From NCBI GenBank assembly GCA_902634185.1, contig CACPJC010000004.1:32001-96000 (forward strand): DNA of 64,000 nucleotides, read 5' to 3'. This stretch comes from an uncultured Candidatus Actinomarina sp. Lineage in GTDB: Bacteria; Actinomycetota; Acidimicrobiia; Actinomarinales; Actinomarinaceae. A model generated the notes under the pieces. That model had not been told where the DNA came from and did not search any database. It saw only the letters and a program-made list of their open reading frames with translations. The first letter of the stretch is position 1; each line of letters begins with the position of its first letter. The position numbers and the translations under genes were made by a program. This document shows positions 29,537 through 44,041 of this stretch, in pieces.

Positions 29537-30509
29537 TCTTCAATATCTCAATTTTTCTGAGCATATGATTGAAGCAATTAAATTTGCACTTAGATATGAT
29601 CCATCTCCAAATCCAAGAGTCGGTGCTGTGCTGGTTGATAAAAATAATAAAATAAAAAAGATAACTGCACATAAAGAGAAAGGTAAGGATCATGCTGAAT
29701 ATAATCTATTTAAAAATTCAGATATTACAGAAAATGATACTTTATATATTACATTAGAACCTTGTTTTCATGATGACACCTCACCATCTTGCGCAATTGC
29801 TGTTTTGGAAACAAATGTACAAAATATAGTTGTTGGGGATATAGATCGTGATGAAAGAACTAATGGTAAAGGTATCGAACTTTTAAAGAACAATGATTTG
29901 AATGTATCGATTGAAAATGGCGTAAATGATTTTTTAAATCCTGGATACAAAATCAAAAATGATAAACCATATCTCATTGGTAAAGTAGCAACCTCAGCAG
30001 ATCATATAATGTACAATGAAAAAAAGAAGTATATTACAAATAAAAATTCATTAGAAATTAGTCATTATTTAAGAGCAACAGTTGACTCCGTCATAATTGG
30101 AAAAAATACATTAAAAATTGACAAACCAAAGTTGAATGTACGTCTAGATTATGAATATAAAAATCCTCAACCAGTTGTTTTGTGGGGAAATGACACTAAA
30201 GAATTAAATAAATATTCTAGTTTATTTAATAATTTTATATTTTATGTTGAAAATGATGAAGATTCATTTAGTAGCTTTTTAGAGAGACATTCTATAAAAA
30301 GTGGACTAGTTGAAGGTGGTAATTCTATTTTGTCTTATTTTTTAAATGAAGATATGATTGATGAATTTTATTATTTCAAGTCATCAGATAGCCTTGAAAG
30401 TGGATTAAAAATTGATAAAACAATTGAGGAATATATCAGTAATAACTTTCAATCTATTCAAGAATATCCCATTATTGATAATCTATTAACTACTTATACT
30501 AATAAGTAA
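29526..30509 (+). CDS. ribD: Bifunctional riboflavin deaminase/reductase RibD
   Basis: PNPRVG, HAE, LEPC..C and VEGG motifs; GGAGGAG SD before the TTG. Confidence 0.95.
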   Translation: MLNSLQYLNFSEHMIEAIKFALRYDPSPNPRVGAVLVDKNNKIKKITAHKEKGKDHAEYNLFKNSDITENDTLYITLEPCFHDDTSPSCAIAVLETNVQNIVVGDIDRDERTNGKGIELLKNNDLNVSIENGVNDFLNPGYKIKNDKPYLIGKVATSADHIMYNEKKKYITNKNSLEISHYLRATVDSVIIGKNTLKIDKPKLNVRLDYEYKNPQPVVLWGNDTKELNKYSSLFNNFIFYVENDEDSFSSFLERHSIKSGLVEGGNSILSYFLNEDMIDEFYYFKSSDSLESGLKIDKTIEEYISNNFQSIQEYPIIDNLLTTYTNK

Positions 30510-31087
30510 TGTTTACTGGAATTATTAATTCGATTGGCAATATTGAATCAAGAAATATTGATGAAATACAAATAAGTACAGATAATGATTTATATCATGG
30601 TTTGGAACCAGGTACTAGTATTTCCATAGATGGCATGTGTCTTACATTAAGGGATTACAAGGATGATTTCTTAAATTTTCAAGTATCTGAAGAAACATTC
30701 AATAGAACCGTGGCTAAAGAATATGAGAAGGATGTTAAAACAAATTTAGAACTTCCCGCTACTTTAACTACTTTCTTGAGTGGACATATAGTACAAGGAC
30801 ATGTTGATAATACATCTGTTGTAACAAACATAGTTGAAAACGATAATAATCTTTGGACATATCATTTTAAAAATACGGATACAAGATATATAGTTGATAA
30901 AGGTTCTGTAACAATAAATGGTATATCTTTAACTGTTGTTAATCCCAATAAAGACGAGTTTAGTGTCGCAGTTATAAACGAGACATACCAAAGGACAAAT
31001 TTAAAGTACCTTAAAACCGGATCGATAGTTAACATTGAATATGACATACTTGCTAAATATATGGAAAGAATGATAAATGATAAGTGA
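30509..31087 (+). CDS. ribE: Riboflavin synthase (alpha chain)
   Basis: MFTGI, G.CLT, GHIVQGHVD and NGISLTV motifs. Confidence 0.97.
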   Translation: MFTGIINSIGNIESRNIDEIQISTDNDLYHGLEPGTSISIDGMCLTLRDYKDDFLNFQVSEETFNRTVAKEYEKDVKTNLELPATLTTFLSGHIVQGHVDNTSVVTNIVENDNNLWTYHFKNTDTRYIVDKGSVTINGISLTVVNPNKDEFSVAVINETYQRTNLKYLKTGSIVNIEYDILAKYMERMINDK

Positions 31088-32279
31088 CATAGAAGTAATT
31101 ATCGAAAAATTTAAAAGAGGTGAGATGGTCATTCTCGTTGACGATGAAGACAGAGAGAATGAGGGTGACTTAATTGTATCTTCACAGTACTTAACACCTG
31201 AACATATTAACTTTATGATAACTTATGCAAAGGGTCTTGTGTGCGCGCCAATCGCAAAAGATGTAGCAACAAAGTTAAAACTTTCATTAATGCAGGGTAT
31301 TGATAATGAAGAAGATACACAATTTACAACTTCAGTCGATCTAATGGGAGATGGGGTTTCAACAGGAATTTCAGCAGATGATAGATTTAAAACAATAAAA
31401 GGTCTTAGTGATCCAAATGCTACTAGACAAGATTTTAAAGTTCCAGGTCACGTCTTCCCTTTGCAGGCAATGGATGGAGGAGTATTAAGACGTGCTGGTC
31501 ATACTGAAGCAGCTGTAGACTTATGTTTACTCGCTGATCATTATCCGGTAGCTGTTATTTGTGAAATAATAAATGATGATGGTTCAATGGCACGCATTGA
31601 CGATTTAGTAAATTTTTCGAAAAAACACGATGTAGCTATTGGAACTATTAAAGACTTAATCGAGTACAAGTTGAAATTAACAAATCCTGTATCTTTTGTA
31701 TCTAAAGCAAAAGTGCCAACTGAATTTGGTGAATTTACGGCTCATGTTTACAAAGACAATAATGATAATACTGAGCATATTGCACTGACATATGAAAATT
31801 ACTTAGAAGGTGAGTCTTCAATGGTAAGAGTACATTCAGAGTGTTTAACAGGTGATGTATTTAGTTCAAATAAATGTGACTGTGGATACCAGTTGGATAG
31901 TGCATTAGAAACTATTGTAAATAATGGTTCCGGTGTTCTGCTCTACATGAGAGGACACGAAGGAAGGGGAATAGGTTTAGGAAATAAGATTAAAGCATAC
32001 TCATTACAAGATGAAGGTGCAGATACGGTTGAAGCAAACATTCAACTTGGTTTTGAAATGGATCAAAGAGATTATGGAACTGGTGCCCTGATACTTAGAG
32101 ATTTAGGAATTACGAATATGAATTTACTAACAAATAATCCAAGCAAAAGAGCAGGATTAGAAGGTTTTGGTTTAAATATTGTAAAAAGAACACCAATTAA
32201 GGGAAAGACAACACCAGAGAACACTTCATATCTTGAGACAAAAGAAAACAAGATGGGTCATAATTTTAATGAAGAATAA
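31077..32279 (+). CDS. ribBA: Bifunctional DHBP synthase / GTP cyclohydrolase II
   Basis: DDEDRENEGD, RAGHTEA, RVHSECLTGD, CDCG and EGRGIG motifs. Confidence 0.98.
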   Translation: MISDIEVIIEKFKRGEMVILVDDEDRENEGDLIVSSQYLTPEHINFMITYAKGLVCAPIAKDVATKLKLSLMQGIDNEEDTQFTTSVDLMGDGVSTGISADDRFKTIKGLSDPNATRQDFKVPGHVFPLQAMDGGVLRRAGHTEAAVDLCLLADHYPVAVICEIINDDGSMARIDDLVNFSKKHDVAIGTIKDLIEYKLKLTNPVSFVSKAKVPTEFGEFTAHVYKDNNDNTEHIALTYENYLEGESSMVRVHSECLTGDVFSSNKCDCGYQLDSALETIVNNGSGVLLYMRGHEGRGIGLGNKIKAYSLQDEGADTVEANIQLGFEMDQRDYGTGALILRDLGITNMNLLTNNPSKRAGLEGFGLNIVKRTPIKGKTTPENTSYLETKENKMGHNFNEE

Positions 32280-32667
32280 AGTAGCAATTGTTTATTCAGA
32301 TTATTACAAAGATGTCACTAGTGGTTTATTAGATGGATTCAATAATTCAATTGATACAACTTTTGAATGTGATGAGTTTAAGGTAAGTGGTAGCTGGGAA
32401 ATTATATACAAAATTAATTCACTTATAAACGAATACGATAAGTTTGTGGCTATTGGAGTCATTGTTAAAGGTGAGACAGATCATTATGAGTTTTTATCTT
32501 CAAGTATTGCTAATCAATTATTGAATTTAACAACAACAAAAAATGTATATATTTCAAACTGTGTCTTAAATGTACTTAATATTGACCAAGCAACTGAAAG
32601 AGCTGGGTCTGAAAATAACAAGGGTTCTGAATCTGCACAAGCTTTAAATAATCTTTTTATTACATAA
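32269..32667 (+). CDS. ribH: 6,7-dimethyl-8-ribityllumazine synthase
   Basis: V.GSWE, GET.H and NKG.E motifs; start at ATG 32269. Confidence 0.94.
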   Translation: MKNKVAIVYSDYYKDVTSGLLDGFNNSIDTTFECDEFKVSGSWEIIYKINSLINEYDKFVAIGVIVKGETDHYEFLSSSIANQLLNLTTTKNVYISNCVLNVLNIDQATERAGSENNKGSESAQALNNLFIT

Positions 32668-32681
32668 TAAAATTTAAGTTA

Positions 32682-32764
32682 TATAATTAATTCTAAGCGA
32701 ACGATGTTCCACCTACTGTGAAAAATAGTATGGTAAGTAAAAACAGCTTCGTGCTGTTTTTTTT
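32682..32764 (+). promoter_or_regulatory. infC-rpmI-rplT promoter (-10 TATAAT) and L20-leader-like attenuator
   Basis: AAGC-GAAC-gat-GTTC-CACC motif, a TACTGT/ATAGTA stem, then a terminator hairpin directly before infC. Confidence 0.65.
32739..32764 (+). terminator. Intrinsic terminator in the infC leader
   Basis: AAAAACAGC-TTCGT-GCTGTTTTT plus T-tract. Confidence 0.8.
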
Positions 32765-32779
32765 ATGAAAGGGAAACAA

Positions 32780-33295
32780 ATAGCAGAATTAAATGTTAAC
32801 GAAGAGATAAAATCCAAGAAGCTATTGGTAATTGCACCAGATGGCGTTCAAGTTGGAGAATTGGAACTTAAAAAAGCTCTTATATTAGCTGAAGAACTTG
32901 AACTTGATCTTGTTGAAGTCTCTCCGGAAAGTAAGCCGCCTGTTGCTAGATTAATGGATTATGGAAAATATAAATACGAACTTAATCAAAAAGCAAGAGA
33001 GTCAAGGAAAAAACAAGTAAAAATTAATGTAAAGGAAATACAACTGAAACCAAAGATTGATACACACGATTACAAAATTAAATTAAATCAATCAAAAAAG
33101 TTTTTAGAAGATGGAGATAAAGTGAAATTTACTATGAGATTTAGAGGTAGAGAAGCAGAATATCCTGAATTAGGACAAAAAATCCTAGACAATTTTAGAG
33201 ATGAACTTGTTGATTTAGCAATGGTTGAATCTACTTCTAGACCAGATGGTAGATCATTAACAATGGTACTAGCACCTAACGGAGGTAAAAAATGA
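32780..33295 (+). CDS. infC: Translation initiation factor IF-3 (likely ATA start; in-frame ATG at 32765)
   Basis: LDLVEV, PPVAR.MDYGK and KF..RFRGRE motifs; AAGGGA SD-like sequence upstream of ATA 32780. Confidence 0.96.
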   Translation: MAELNVNEEIKSKKLLVIAPDGVQVGELELKKALILAEELELDLVEVSPESKPPVARLMDYGKYKYELNQKARESRKKQVKINVKEIQLKPKIDTHDYKIKLNQSKKFLEDGDKVKFTMRFRGREAEYPELGQKILDNFRDELVDLAMVESTSRPDGRSLTMVLAPNGGKK

Positions 33296-33480
33296 AACAT
33301 AAAACTCATAAAGGAATGAAAAAAAGAATAAGAGTTAGTGGTACTGGAAAATTTATGCGAAGGCGTGCTCATAGATCACATTATAAACTGGCTAAAGGTA
33401 GCAACTCTTGGTCAAGACTAAAAAGAGATGTTGAATCATCTAAGGGTGATTCAAAAAAAATAAGAAAGTTGTTGAGTTAA
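33292..33480 (+). CDS. rpmI: 50S ribosomal protein L35
   Basis: KTHKG..KR...GTGK motif; synteny. Confidence 0.96.
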   Translation: MKHKTHKGMKKRIRVSGTGKFMRRRAHRSHYKLAKGSNSWSRLKRDVESSKGDSKKIRKLLS

Positions 33481-33840
33481 ATGGTAAGAGTAAGAAGATC
33501 AGTCAGTAGTAGAAAATCAAGAAAAAAGATTCTCAAACAAGCTAAAGGTTATACAGGAGCTAGAAGCAAACGTTTAAGGACCGCTAAAGAACAAGTGATG
33601 CATGCAGGTAATGACGCCTTTGCTCATCGTAAAGACAAAAAATCAACATATCGAAAAATATGGATATCAAGAATTAATGCAGCATCAAGACAACATGGTT
33701 TGTCATATTCAAAATTTATTAACGGTCTAACAAACGCTCAAGTCAAAGTTGATAGAAAAATATTGGCTGATTTAGCTATCAATGATCCTGATGGATTTAA
33801 AAAACTTGTAGATTTAGCTAAAAAAAATATAAATGCCTGA
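33481..33840 (+). CDS. rplT: 50S ribosomal protein L20
   Basis: AKGY.G, WI.RINAA and DRKILADLA motifs. Confidence 0.98.
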   Translation: MVRVRRSVSSRKSRKKILKQAKGYTGARSKRLRTAKEQVMHAGNDAFAHRKDKKSTYRKIWISRINAASRQHGLSYSKFINGLTNAQVKVDRKILADLAINDPDGFKKLVDLAKKNINA

Positions 33841-34825
33841 GGTTAATACCGATAAGATATTTGCCGCTTTTTTACTGAGACTTGAAGAAGTTGCTCAAAT
33901 CGATGATTTCGATGACATTGAGAAAGAATTTCTTGGTAAAAATTCCTTATTGTCAGAAGAAAGAAAATCATTATCTTCATTAAATGAAGTATCTAGAAAA
34001 AAGTATGGAAAATTGCTTCAAGATCTTTCAAATAATATCACCTCAAAATTAGAAGAGGAGAAAACTACTTTCAAATCTAAATTTTTTATTCAAAAAGAAC
34101 TAAATGATAATAAAGACATTTCCATAGATTGGTATAAAAACTTAGGTAGCAAAAATCATATTTTAACAAATGTGATGAATGAAGTAGTTGATATCTTTGC
34201 AGCTATTGGTTATACGGTTGCAACTGGACCTGAAGCAGAAACGTCCTGGCATAATTTTGATGCATTAAATACACCAGACTGGCATCCTGCAAGATATGAA
34301 TCAGACACATTATATTTAGACAACAAACTTGAAACATTACTGAGGACTCAAACTAGTACTGTTCAAGTAAGGCATATGCAAAACAATAAACCGCCTGTTT
34401 ATATTGTTGCTCCAGGAAGAGTTTACAGATCAGACCAACTTGATGCTACTCACTCACCAGTATTTCATCAAATTGAAGGTTTAGCAGTAGATGAAAACTT
34501 AACGTTTTCTGATTTAAAAGGAACATTGGAATATTTTGTTCAAGAATTTTTTGGAAAAGACTTAAAGACAAAGTTTATTCCACATTTTTTTCCATTCACT
34601 GAACCATCAGCTGAGGTTTTAGTTAGTTGGAAAGATGGAGAATGGCTTGAAATACTTGGATGTGGAATGGTAGATCCTAACGTTTTCAAGCATGTTGGAT
34701 ATGACACAGATTCACAAGGATTCGCGTTTGGTGTAGGCGTTGAGAGATTAGCAATGATTAGATATGGGATCGATCATATAAAAAACTTTTATGAGAATGA
34801 CCTAAGGTTTTTAAGGCAGTTTTAA
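33833..34825 (+). CDS. pheS: Phenylalanine--tRNA ligase alpha subunit
   Basis: HPAR, LRTQTS, FHQIEG, FPFTEPS and GFAFG.G.ER motifs. Confidence 0.99.
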   Translation: MPEVNTDKIFAAFLLRLEEVAQIDDFDDIEKEFLGKNSLLSEERKSLSSLNEVSRKKYGKLLQDLSNNITSKLEEEKTTFKSKFFIQKELNDNKDISIDWYKNLGSKNHILTNVMNEVVDIFAAIGYTVATGPEAETSWHNFDALNTPDWHPARYESDTLYLDNKLETLLRTQTSTVQVRHMQNNKPPVYIVAPGRVYRSDQLDATHSPVFHQIEGLAVDENLTFSDLKGTLEYFVQEFFGKDLKTKFIPHFFPFTEPSAEVLVSWKDGEWLEILGCGMVDPNVFKHVGYDTDSQGFAFGVGVERLAMIRYGIDHIKNFYENDLRFLRQF

Positions 34826-37191
34826 TGAAGATATTGAAATCTTGGCTTAACGATTGGATAGATATTGAAAATATATCTAATTCTGACATTTCTGAGGCTT
34901 TAGAAAGTTTAGGTTTCGAAATAGATAACAAAAAGGAACTAAACCCTAATTATGAAAACATCGTTGTAGGTAAAGTACTTGAAGTATATGAACATCCTAA
35001 TGCTGACAAAGTTCGTATTACTAAAACTGATGTTGGTAATAATATTTATGAAATTGTTTGTGGAGCTTGGAATTTTGACGTAGGAGCAGTCGTTCCCGTT
35101 GCTTTACCAAATTCAAAAATAAAAGATAATTTTAAAATTGACAAACGTGACATTAGAGGAATTCAATCAAATGGGATGATTTGTTCAGCTTCAGAACTTG
35201 ATCTTTGGGATGATCACGATGGAATACTTCTATTGGATGACAAGCTACTACCAGGAACTGATTTCTCCACAATCTATTCAAGCAATGATTTCATATGGGA
35301 AGTTGGTGTTACACCAAATAGAGGAGACTGTATGTCTTATTTGGGTATTGCAAGGGAACTTTCGGGATATTTCAATAAAAAACTAAAGACTAAAAAATCA
35401 AATCTGAAACCAACGATTTCAAATATTTTGAATGCTGACAGTGGAAAAATTAAAGAATGTAACTCTTATGGTTCAGTTGAAATAGAAAACTTTAATGTGA
35501 CTTACTCTTCTTTTGAAATGAGATACAGGCTCACACAGGTTGGAACAAGGATTATTAATAATGTGGTCGACATAACCAATTACATTTTATATGACATCGG
35601 TCAACCATTACATGCTTTTGATAGAGATAAATTATTTGGAACAATATCTGTAAGAAAAGCTAAAAACAATGAGAAAATTACGACACTTGACTCTCAAGTG
35701 AGAAAATTAGATTTAAATGATCTTGTTATTACTGATAATGATAAGCCAATTGCTTTAGCCGGAGTAATGGGGGGATTAGAAACTGAAGTATCAGAGACAA
35801 CCACAAATCTTCTTATTGAAAGTGCTTATTTTGACAAAGTATCCATTATGAAAACTTCAAGGAAATTGAACTTGATATCTGACGCATCCATACGGTTTGA
35901 AAGAGGTATTGATTATAAAATTCAAAGATATGGCTTAGAACGTTTTTTAATGGAATTAAAAGATAATCAAGCTATTAATTATTCAGAAATAAATGTTGAT
36001 GATAAAGGTAACTTGAAAAATAAGAAGGTAATTCTTAAATATTCTGAAATTAAAAAACTTCTTGGTATTAATTTAAAAGAATCATTTATTAAGAAAGTTC
36101 TAAAATTTTTAATGATCGATTCTGAAGTTAACAAAGAGAGTGTGAAATTCACTCCACCCTCATGGCGATATGATCTAGATAGACCAGTGGACCTTATAGA
36201 AGAATTTGCAAAACACTATGGTTTTAATAATTTTGAATCAACTCTACCTCAAGGAGTTCACAAAAATAATAAAGGAAGTTATTGGGATCTTAAGAGCTAC
36301 TTATCAAATGTTCTAACATCTAATAATTTTCAAGAAGTCCAAACTTTAAGTTTTGTAAATCAAGACAAAAATTTGTTATTTAATCCAGAAAAAAAATATG
36401 TTGAGGTATTTAATGCAATCGATCAATCAAGTAAATTTATGAGATCAAACCTAATGTCTAGTTTGCTAGATGTTTACAAATTAAATTACGATCAAAATAA
36501 TTTATCAAATAGCTATTTTGAAATAAATACTGTTTTTGATACTTCTAAAAATAAAATCTTCGAGGATGTACCTAATCAGAATATTGTTTTAGGGTTTCTG
36601 ACATCTTCTAACTTATCAAATACGGATACTAGGTTAAAAGATCAAGAATTAGATCTTTACTATGTAAAAAACATATTAAATCAATTACTAAGCTCATATG
36701 ACCTAGAACCGATTACGAAACCTGGATTTCATCAAAATTATTCATTTTCAATTATTAAAAATGGTCAAATTATCGGGCATTTTGGACAACTTGCATCAGA
36801 AACACAAATGACTCTTGAATTTAATAATGAAATATATTTGGGTGAAATTTATATTAATAAACTGAATTTAAATAACCTTAAACTAATTAATTATGTGCCA
36901 CTTTCACAATATCCATTTGTAAAATTTGATTTGTCTTTTTCTGTGCCAATTGATTTATCTGCTCATCTTCTAGTTGATGAAATTAATGAATTACTTACAG
37001 AGAATGAAAATTCAATCGAAATTTTTGATGATTTTCAACAAGAGAATTCAAGAAATTTAGGAATTAGAATAATTACAAGAAGCTATGAGAAAACATACGA
37101 CGATAATGAAACAAGAGAGATTCTAATGAATATATCACAAACTTTAGAGTCTAAATTTAATATAAAACTCAACTCAAGTAAAAATGACTGA
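34825..37191 (+). CDS. pheT: Phenylalanine--tRNA ligase beta subunit
   Basis: HPNADK, TPNRGD, QPLHAFD, RFERG and DLIEE motifs. Confidence 0.98.
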   Translation: MKILKSWLNDWIDIENISNSDISEALESLGFEIDNKKELNPNYENIVVGKVLEVYEHPNADKVRITKTDVGNNIYEIVCGAWNFDVGAVVPVALPNSKIKDNFKIDKRDIRGIQSNGMICSASELDLWDDHDGILLLDDKLLPGTDFSTIYSSNDFIWEVGVTPNRGDCMSYLGIARELSGYFNKKLKTKKSNLKPTISNILNADSGKIKECNSYGSVEIENFNVTYSSFEMRYRLTQVGTRIINNVVDITNYILYDIGQPLHAFDRDKLFGTISVRKAKNNEKITTLDSQVRKLDLNDLVITDNDKPIALAGVMGGLETEVSETTTNLLIESAYFDKVSIMKTSRKLNLISDASIRFERGIDYKIQRYGLERFLMELKDNQAINYSEINVDDKGNLKNKKVILKYSEIKKLLGINLKESFIKKVLKFLMIDSEVNKESVKFTPPSWRYDLDRPVDLIEEFAKHYGFNNFESTLPQGVHKNNKGSYWDLKSYLSNVLTSNNFQEVQTLSFVNQDKNLLFNPEKKYVEVFNAIDQSSKFMRSNLMSSLLDVYKLNYDQNNLSNSYFEINTVFDTSKNKIFEDVPNQNIVLGFLTSSNLSNTDTRLKDQELDLYYVKNILNQLLSSYDLEPITKPGFHQNYSFSIIKNGQIIGHFGQLASETQMTLEFNNEIYLGEIYINKLNLNNLKLINYVPLSQYPFVKFDLSFSVPIDLSAHLLVDEINELLTENENSIEIFDDFQQENSRNLGIRIITRSYEKTYDDNETREILMNISQTLESKFNIKLNSSKND

Positions 37192-37759
37192 TAACTTAGG
37201 ACTAAACAATAGAGTTTATCAAATTCTTTCACAAAACTCACAAAAAGCTGCTGTAGATATTTTAGGTATGAGAATATCAACAAAGTATAAAAATAAATTT
37301 ACTGAAATTATGATTACCGAAACTGAAGCATTTGGAACTGCGAATGCTGACGAGATGTCATTAGCGAATCAGCTAAATAGAAAAATACCATTATCTCTTC
37401 CTCTTGGACCACCTCATGTAATGGTTCTTAAAACTTATGGTTCAAACAACAGTCTTTATTTTTTAACTTCGAAAGAAGGGTCATGCCAAGCTGTTCTTAT
37501 TAGATCTGGAAAAGTAATTTTAGGTAAAAATTATGTAGAAACAAGAAGAAAACAAAAAATGAAAAATGACAATATATACGGGCCAGGAAATATAACTAAA
37601 GCATTAGGTATTGATATTGAACAAGATGGAGAGAACCTATTAGATGGTTCAATTGCTTTATCACCTAGAATACATCCTGTTGACAGGGCAATTGCAAAAC
37701 AAAGAAAAAATTCTAAACCTCGTGATAAACACTTATGGAGATTTACACTGGTCTTATAA
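37184..37759 (+). CDS. mpg: DNA-3-methyladenine glycosylase (AAG/Mpg family), divergent
   Basis: I.ETEA, YG, AVLIR, GPG and WRF motifs; position before tyrS. Confidence 0.8.
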   Translation: MTDNLGLNNRVYQILSQNSQKAAVDILGMRISTKYKNKFTEIMITETEAFGTANADEMSLANQLNRKIPLSLPLGPPHVMVLKTYGSNNSLYFLTSKEGSCQAVLIRSGKVILGKNYVETRRKQKMKNDNIYGPGNITKALGIDIEQDGENLLDGSIALSPRIHPVDRAIAKQRKNSKPRDKHLWRFTLVL

Positions 37760-38937
37760 TGGAATACCTAATTGAAAGATCTACAAATATAAATCCAAAA
37801 GATGATTTAGAAAAACTTTTGAAAAGTAAAAAAAATCTAAGAGTCAAATTAGGCGTTGACCCAACAGCACCAGATGTCACATTGGGCTGGTATGCAATTT
37901 TAAGAATGTTAAAAAAATTTCAAGATTATGGTCATACAGCTGTTCTAATACTAGGAGAGTTCACAGCACAAGTTGGAGATCCTTCAGGCAAGTCAGAAAC
38001 AAGAAAAGTAATGGAAGAGAACGAGATTGACGATAACGCTAAAGGTGTGCTTCCAATAATTAAAAATATCTTAAATGACAATAATTTAGAAATTGTCTCT
38101 AATAAAGACTGGTTATCTAAACTTACAATTCAAGACATGATGGAATTAGCAGCAAAGACAACATTAGCCCAAATGATGGAACGTGATGATTTTTCTAAGA
38201 GATTTAGTGACAACAGCCCTATTTCATTATTAGAGTTTTTCTACCCTCTATACCAAGGATACGATTCAGTTGCCGTAAAAGCAGATATTGAGATTGGTGG
38301 AAATGATCAATTGTGGAACTTAATGTTGGGACGAGAAATTCAAAAATCTTATGACTTGTCACCACAAATTGCAATGACGTTTCCTCTGCTAGTTGGTACA
38401 GATGGTTCAAAAAAAATGTCACAATCCTTGAATAATTACATTTCCATATCTGACAGCCCTGAAAACATCTTTGGAAAAATAATGAGCATTCCAGATGAAA
38501 TTATGTGGGATTATTTCACCATGCTGACTGATTTAGAGATTTCAGAAATAGCCAATTTTAGAAAAAATGTAGATAAAGGTAAGACAAATCCTTTCGATTA
38601 TAAAAAAATGCTAGGGAAACTCATTGTTTCAGAAATCTATGATGAAAATAGTGCTTTAGTTGCCGAAAGTACATTTGAAAATATAACAATTAATAAAAAC
38701 TTGCCTGAGAATATACCAGAAACCAATATTGATGATGAAATAGATATACATTTACCAAATTTTTTAACAGAAAATGAATTAACTAAATCTAATTCCGAAG
38801 CACGTCGATTAATTGAGTCTGGAAGTGTAAAAATTGACGATCAAAAGGTTGAATTATTGGATATAAATTCATCAGATTTGATTGGTAAGACTTTACAAGT
38901 TGGAAAGCGAAAATTCCTTAAAATAAATAAGAAATAA
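37759..38937 (+). CDS. tyrS: Tyrosine--tRNA ligase
   Basis: G.DPTA, GDPSG, YPLYQGYDS, GG.DQ.WN, KMSQS and C-terminal S4 domain (QVGKRKF); start at ATG 37759. Confidence 0.97.
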   Translation: MEYLIERSTNINPKDDLEKLLKSKKNLRVKLGVDPTAPDVTLGWYAILRMLKKFQDYGHTAVLILGEFTAQVGDPSGKSETRKVMEENEIDDNAKGVLPIIKNILNDNNLEIVSNKDWLSKLTIQDMMELAAKTTLAQMMERDDFSKRFSDNSPISLLEFFYPLYQGYDSVAVKADIEIGGNDQLWNLMLGREIQKSYDLSPQIAMTFPLLVGTDGSKKMSQSLNNYISISDSPENIFGKIMSIPDEIMWDYFTMLTDLEISEIANFRKNVDKGKTNPFDYKKMLGKLIVSEIYDENSALVAESTFENITINKNLPENIPETNIDDEIDIHLPNFLTENELTKSNSEARRLIESGSVKIDDQKVELLDINSSDLIGKTLQVGKRKFLKINKK

Positions 38938-38956
38938 TATACTTTAAACCAATTAC

Positions 38957-38965
38957 TGTTATTCT
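38957..38965 (+). promoter_or_regulatory. Putative extended -10 promoter of the rRNA operon
   Basis: TG-T-TATTCT just upstream of the rRNA leader. Confidence 0.45.
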
Positions 38966-38981
38966 TATAAGTACGAGATTT

Positions 38982-39008
38982 TGGCTTTTTGACAACTGAG
39001 TAATGTAT
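38982..39008 (+). other. 16S processing-stem 5' arm (boxA-like), complementary to 40730-40756
   Basis: GGCTTTTTGACAACTGAGTAATGTAT pairs with ATACATTACTCAGCTGTGAAAAAGTC. Confidence 0.75.
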
Positions 39009-39146
39009 GAACGCCGGTAGTGCAGAAATTAATTTTTCTAGCACTCTTTTTTTGTCAACTTTTTATTAAGTTGATTCAACTTTTTTAAGTTGAAATGGGT
39101 AAAACCCATGTTGATTCTTTGGTCAGATTTAAATTATTCAAAGATT

Positions 39147-40675
<1,529 letters not shown>

Positions 40676-40758
40676 AAGGAGCATAGAACATTTAGTTCTA
40701 AGGTTAATCACCGGTTGTCTACAAGACTGATACATTACTCAGCTGTGAAAAAGTCATT

Positions 40759-40787
40759 CGGCTTTTTGAAAATTGTATAGCAAGCGC
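40759..40787 (+). other. 23S processing-stem 5' arm, complementary to 43881-43909
   Basis: CGGCTTTTTGAAAATTGTATAGCAAGCGC pairs with GCGCTTGCTATAGAATTTTTAAGAAGTTG. Confidence 0.75.
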
Positions 40788-40807
40788 AATTGCAAAGTAT
40801 TCATATA

Positions 40808-43864
<3,057 letters not shown>

Positions 43865-43914
43865 TGAAGACGGCGTATGAGCGCTTGCTATAGAATTTTT
43901 AAGAAGTTGAGTAT

Positions 43915-44031
<117 letters not shown>

Positions 44032-44041
44032 TTTATCGAAG

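Noticed and set aside
40676-40807. Possible tRNA in the 16S-23S spacer
   Set aside because: About 130 nt, accounted for by processing stems and small hairpins; no cloverleaf or T-loop motif.
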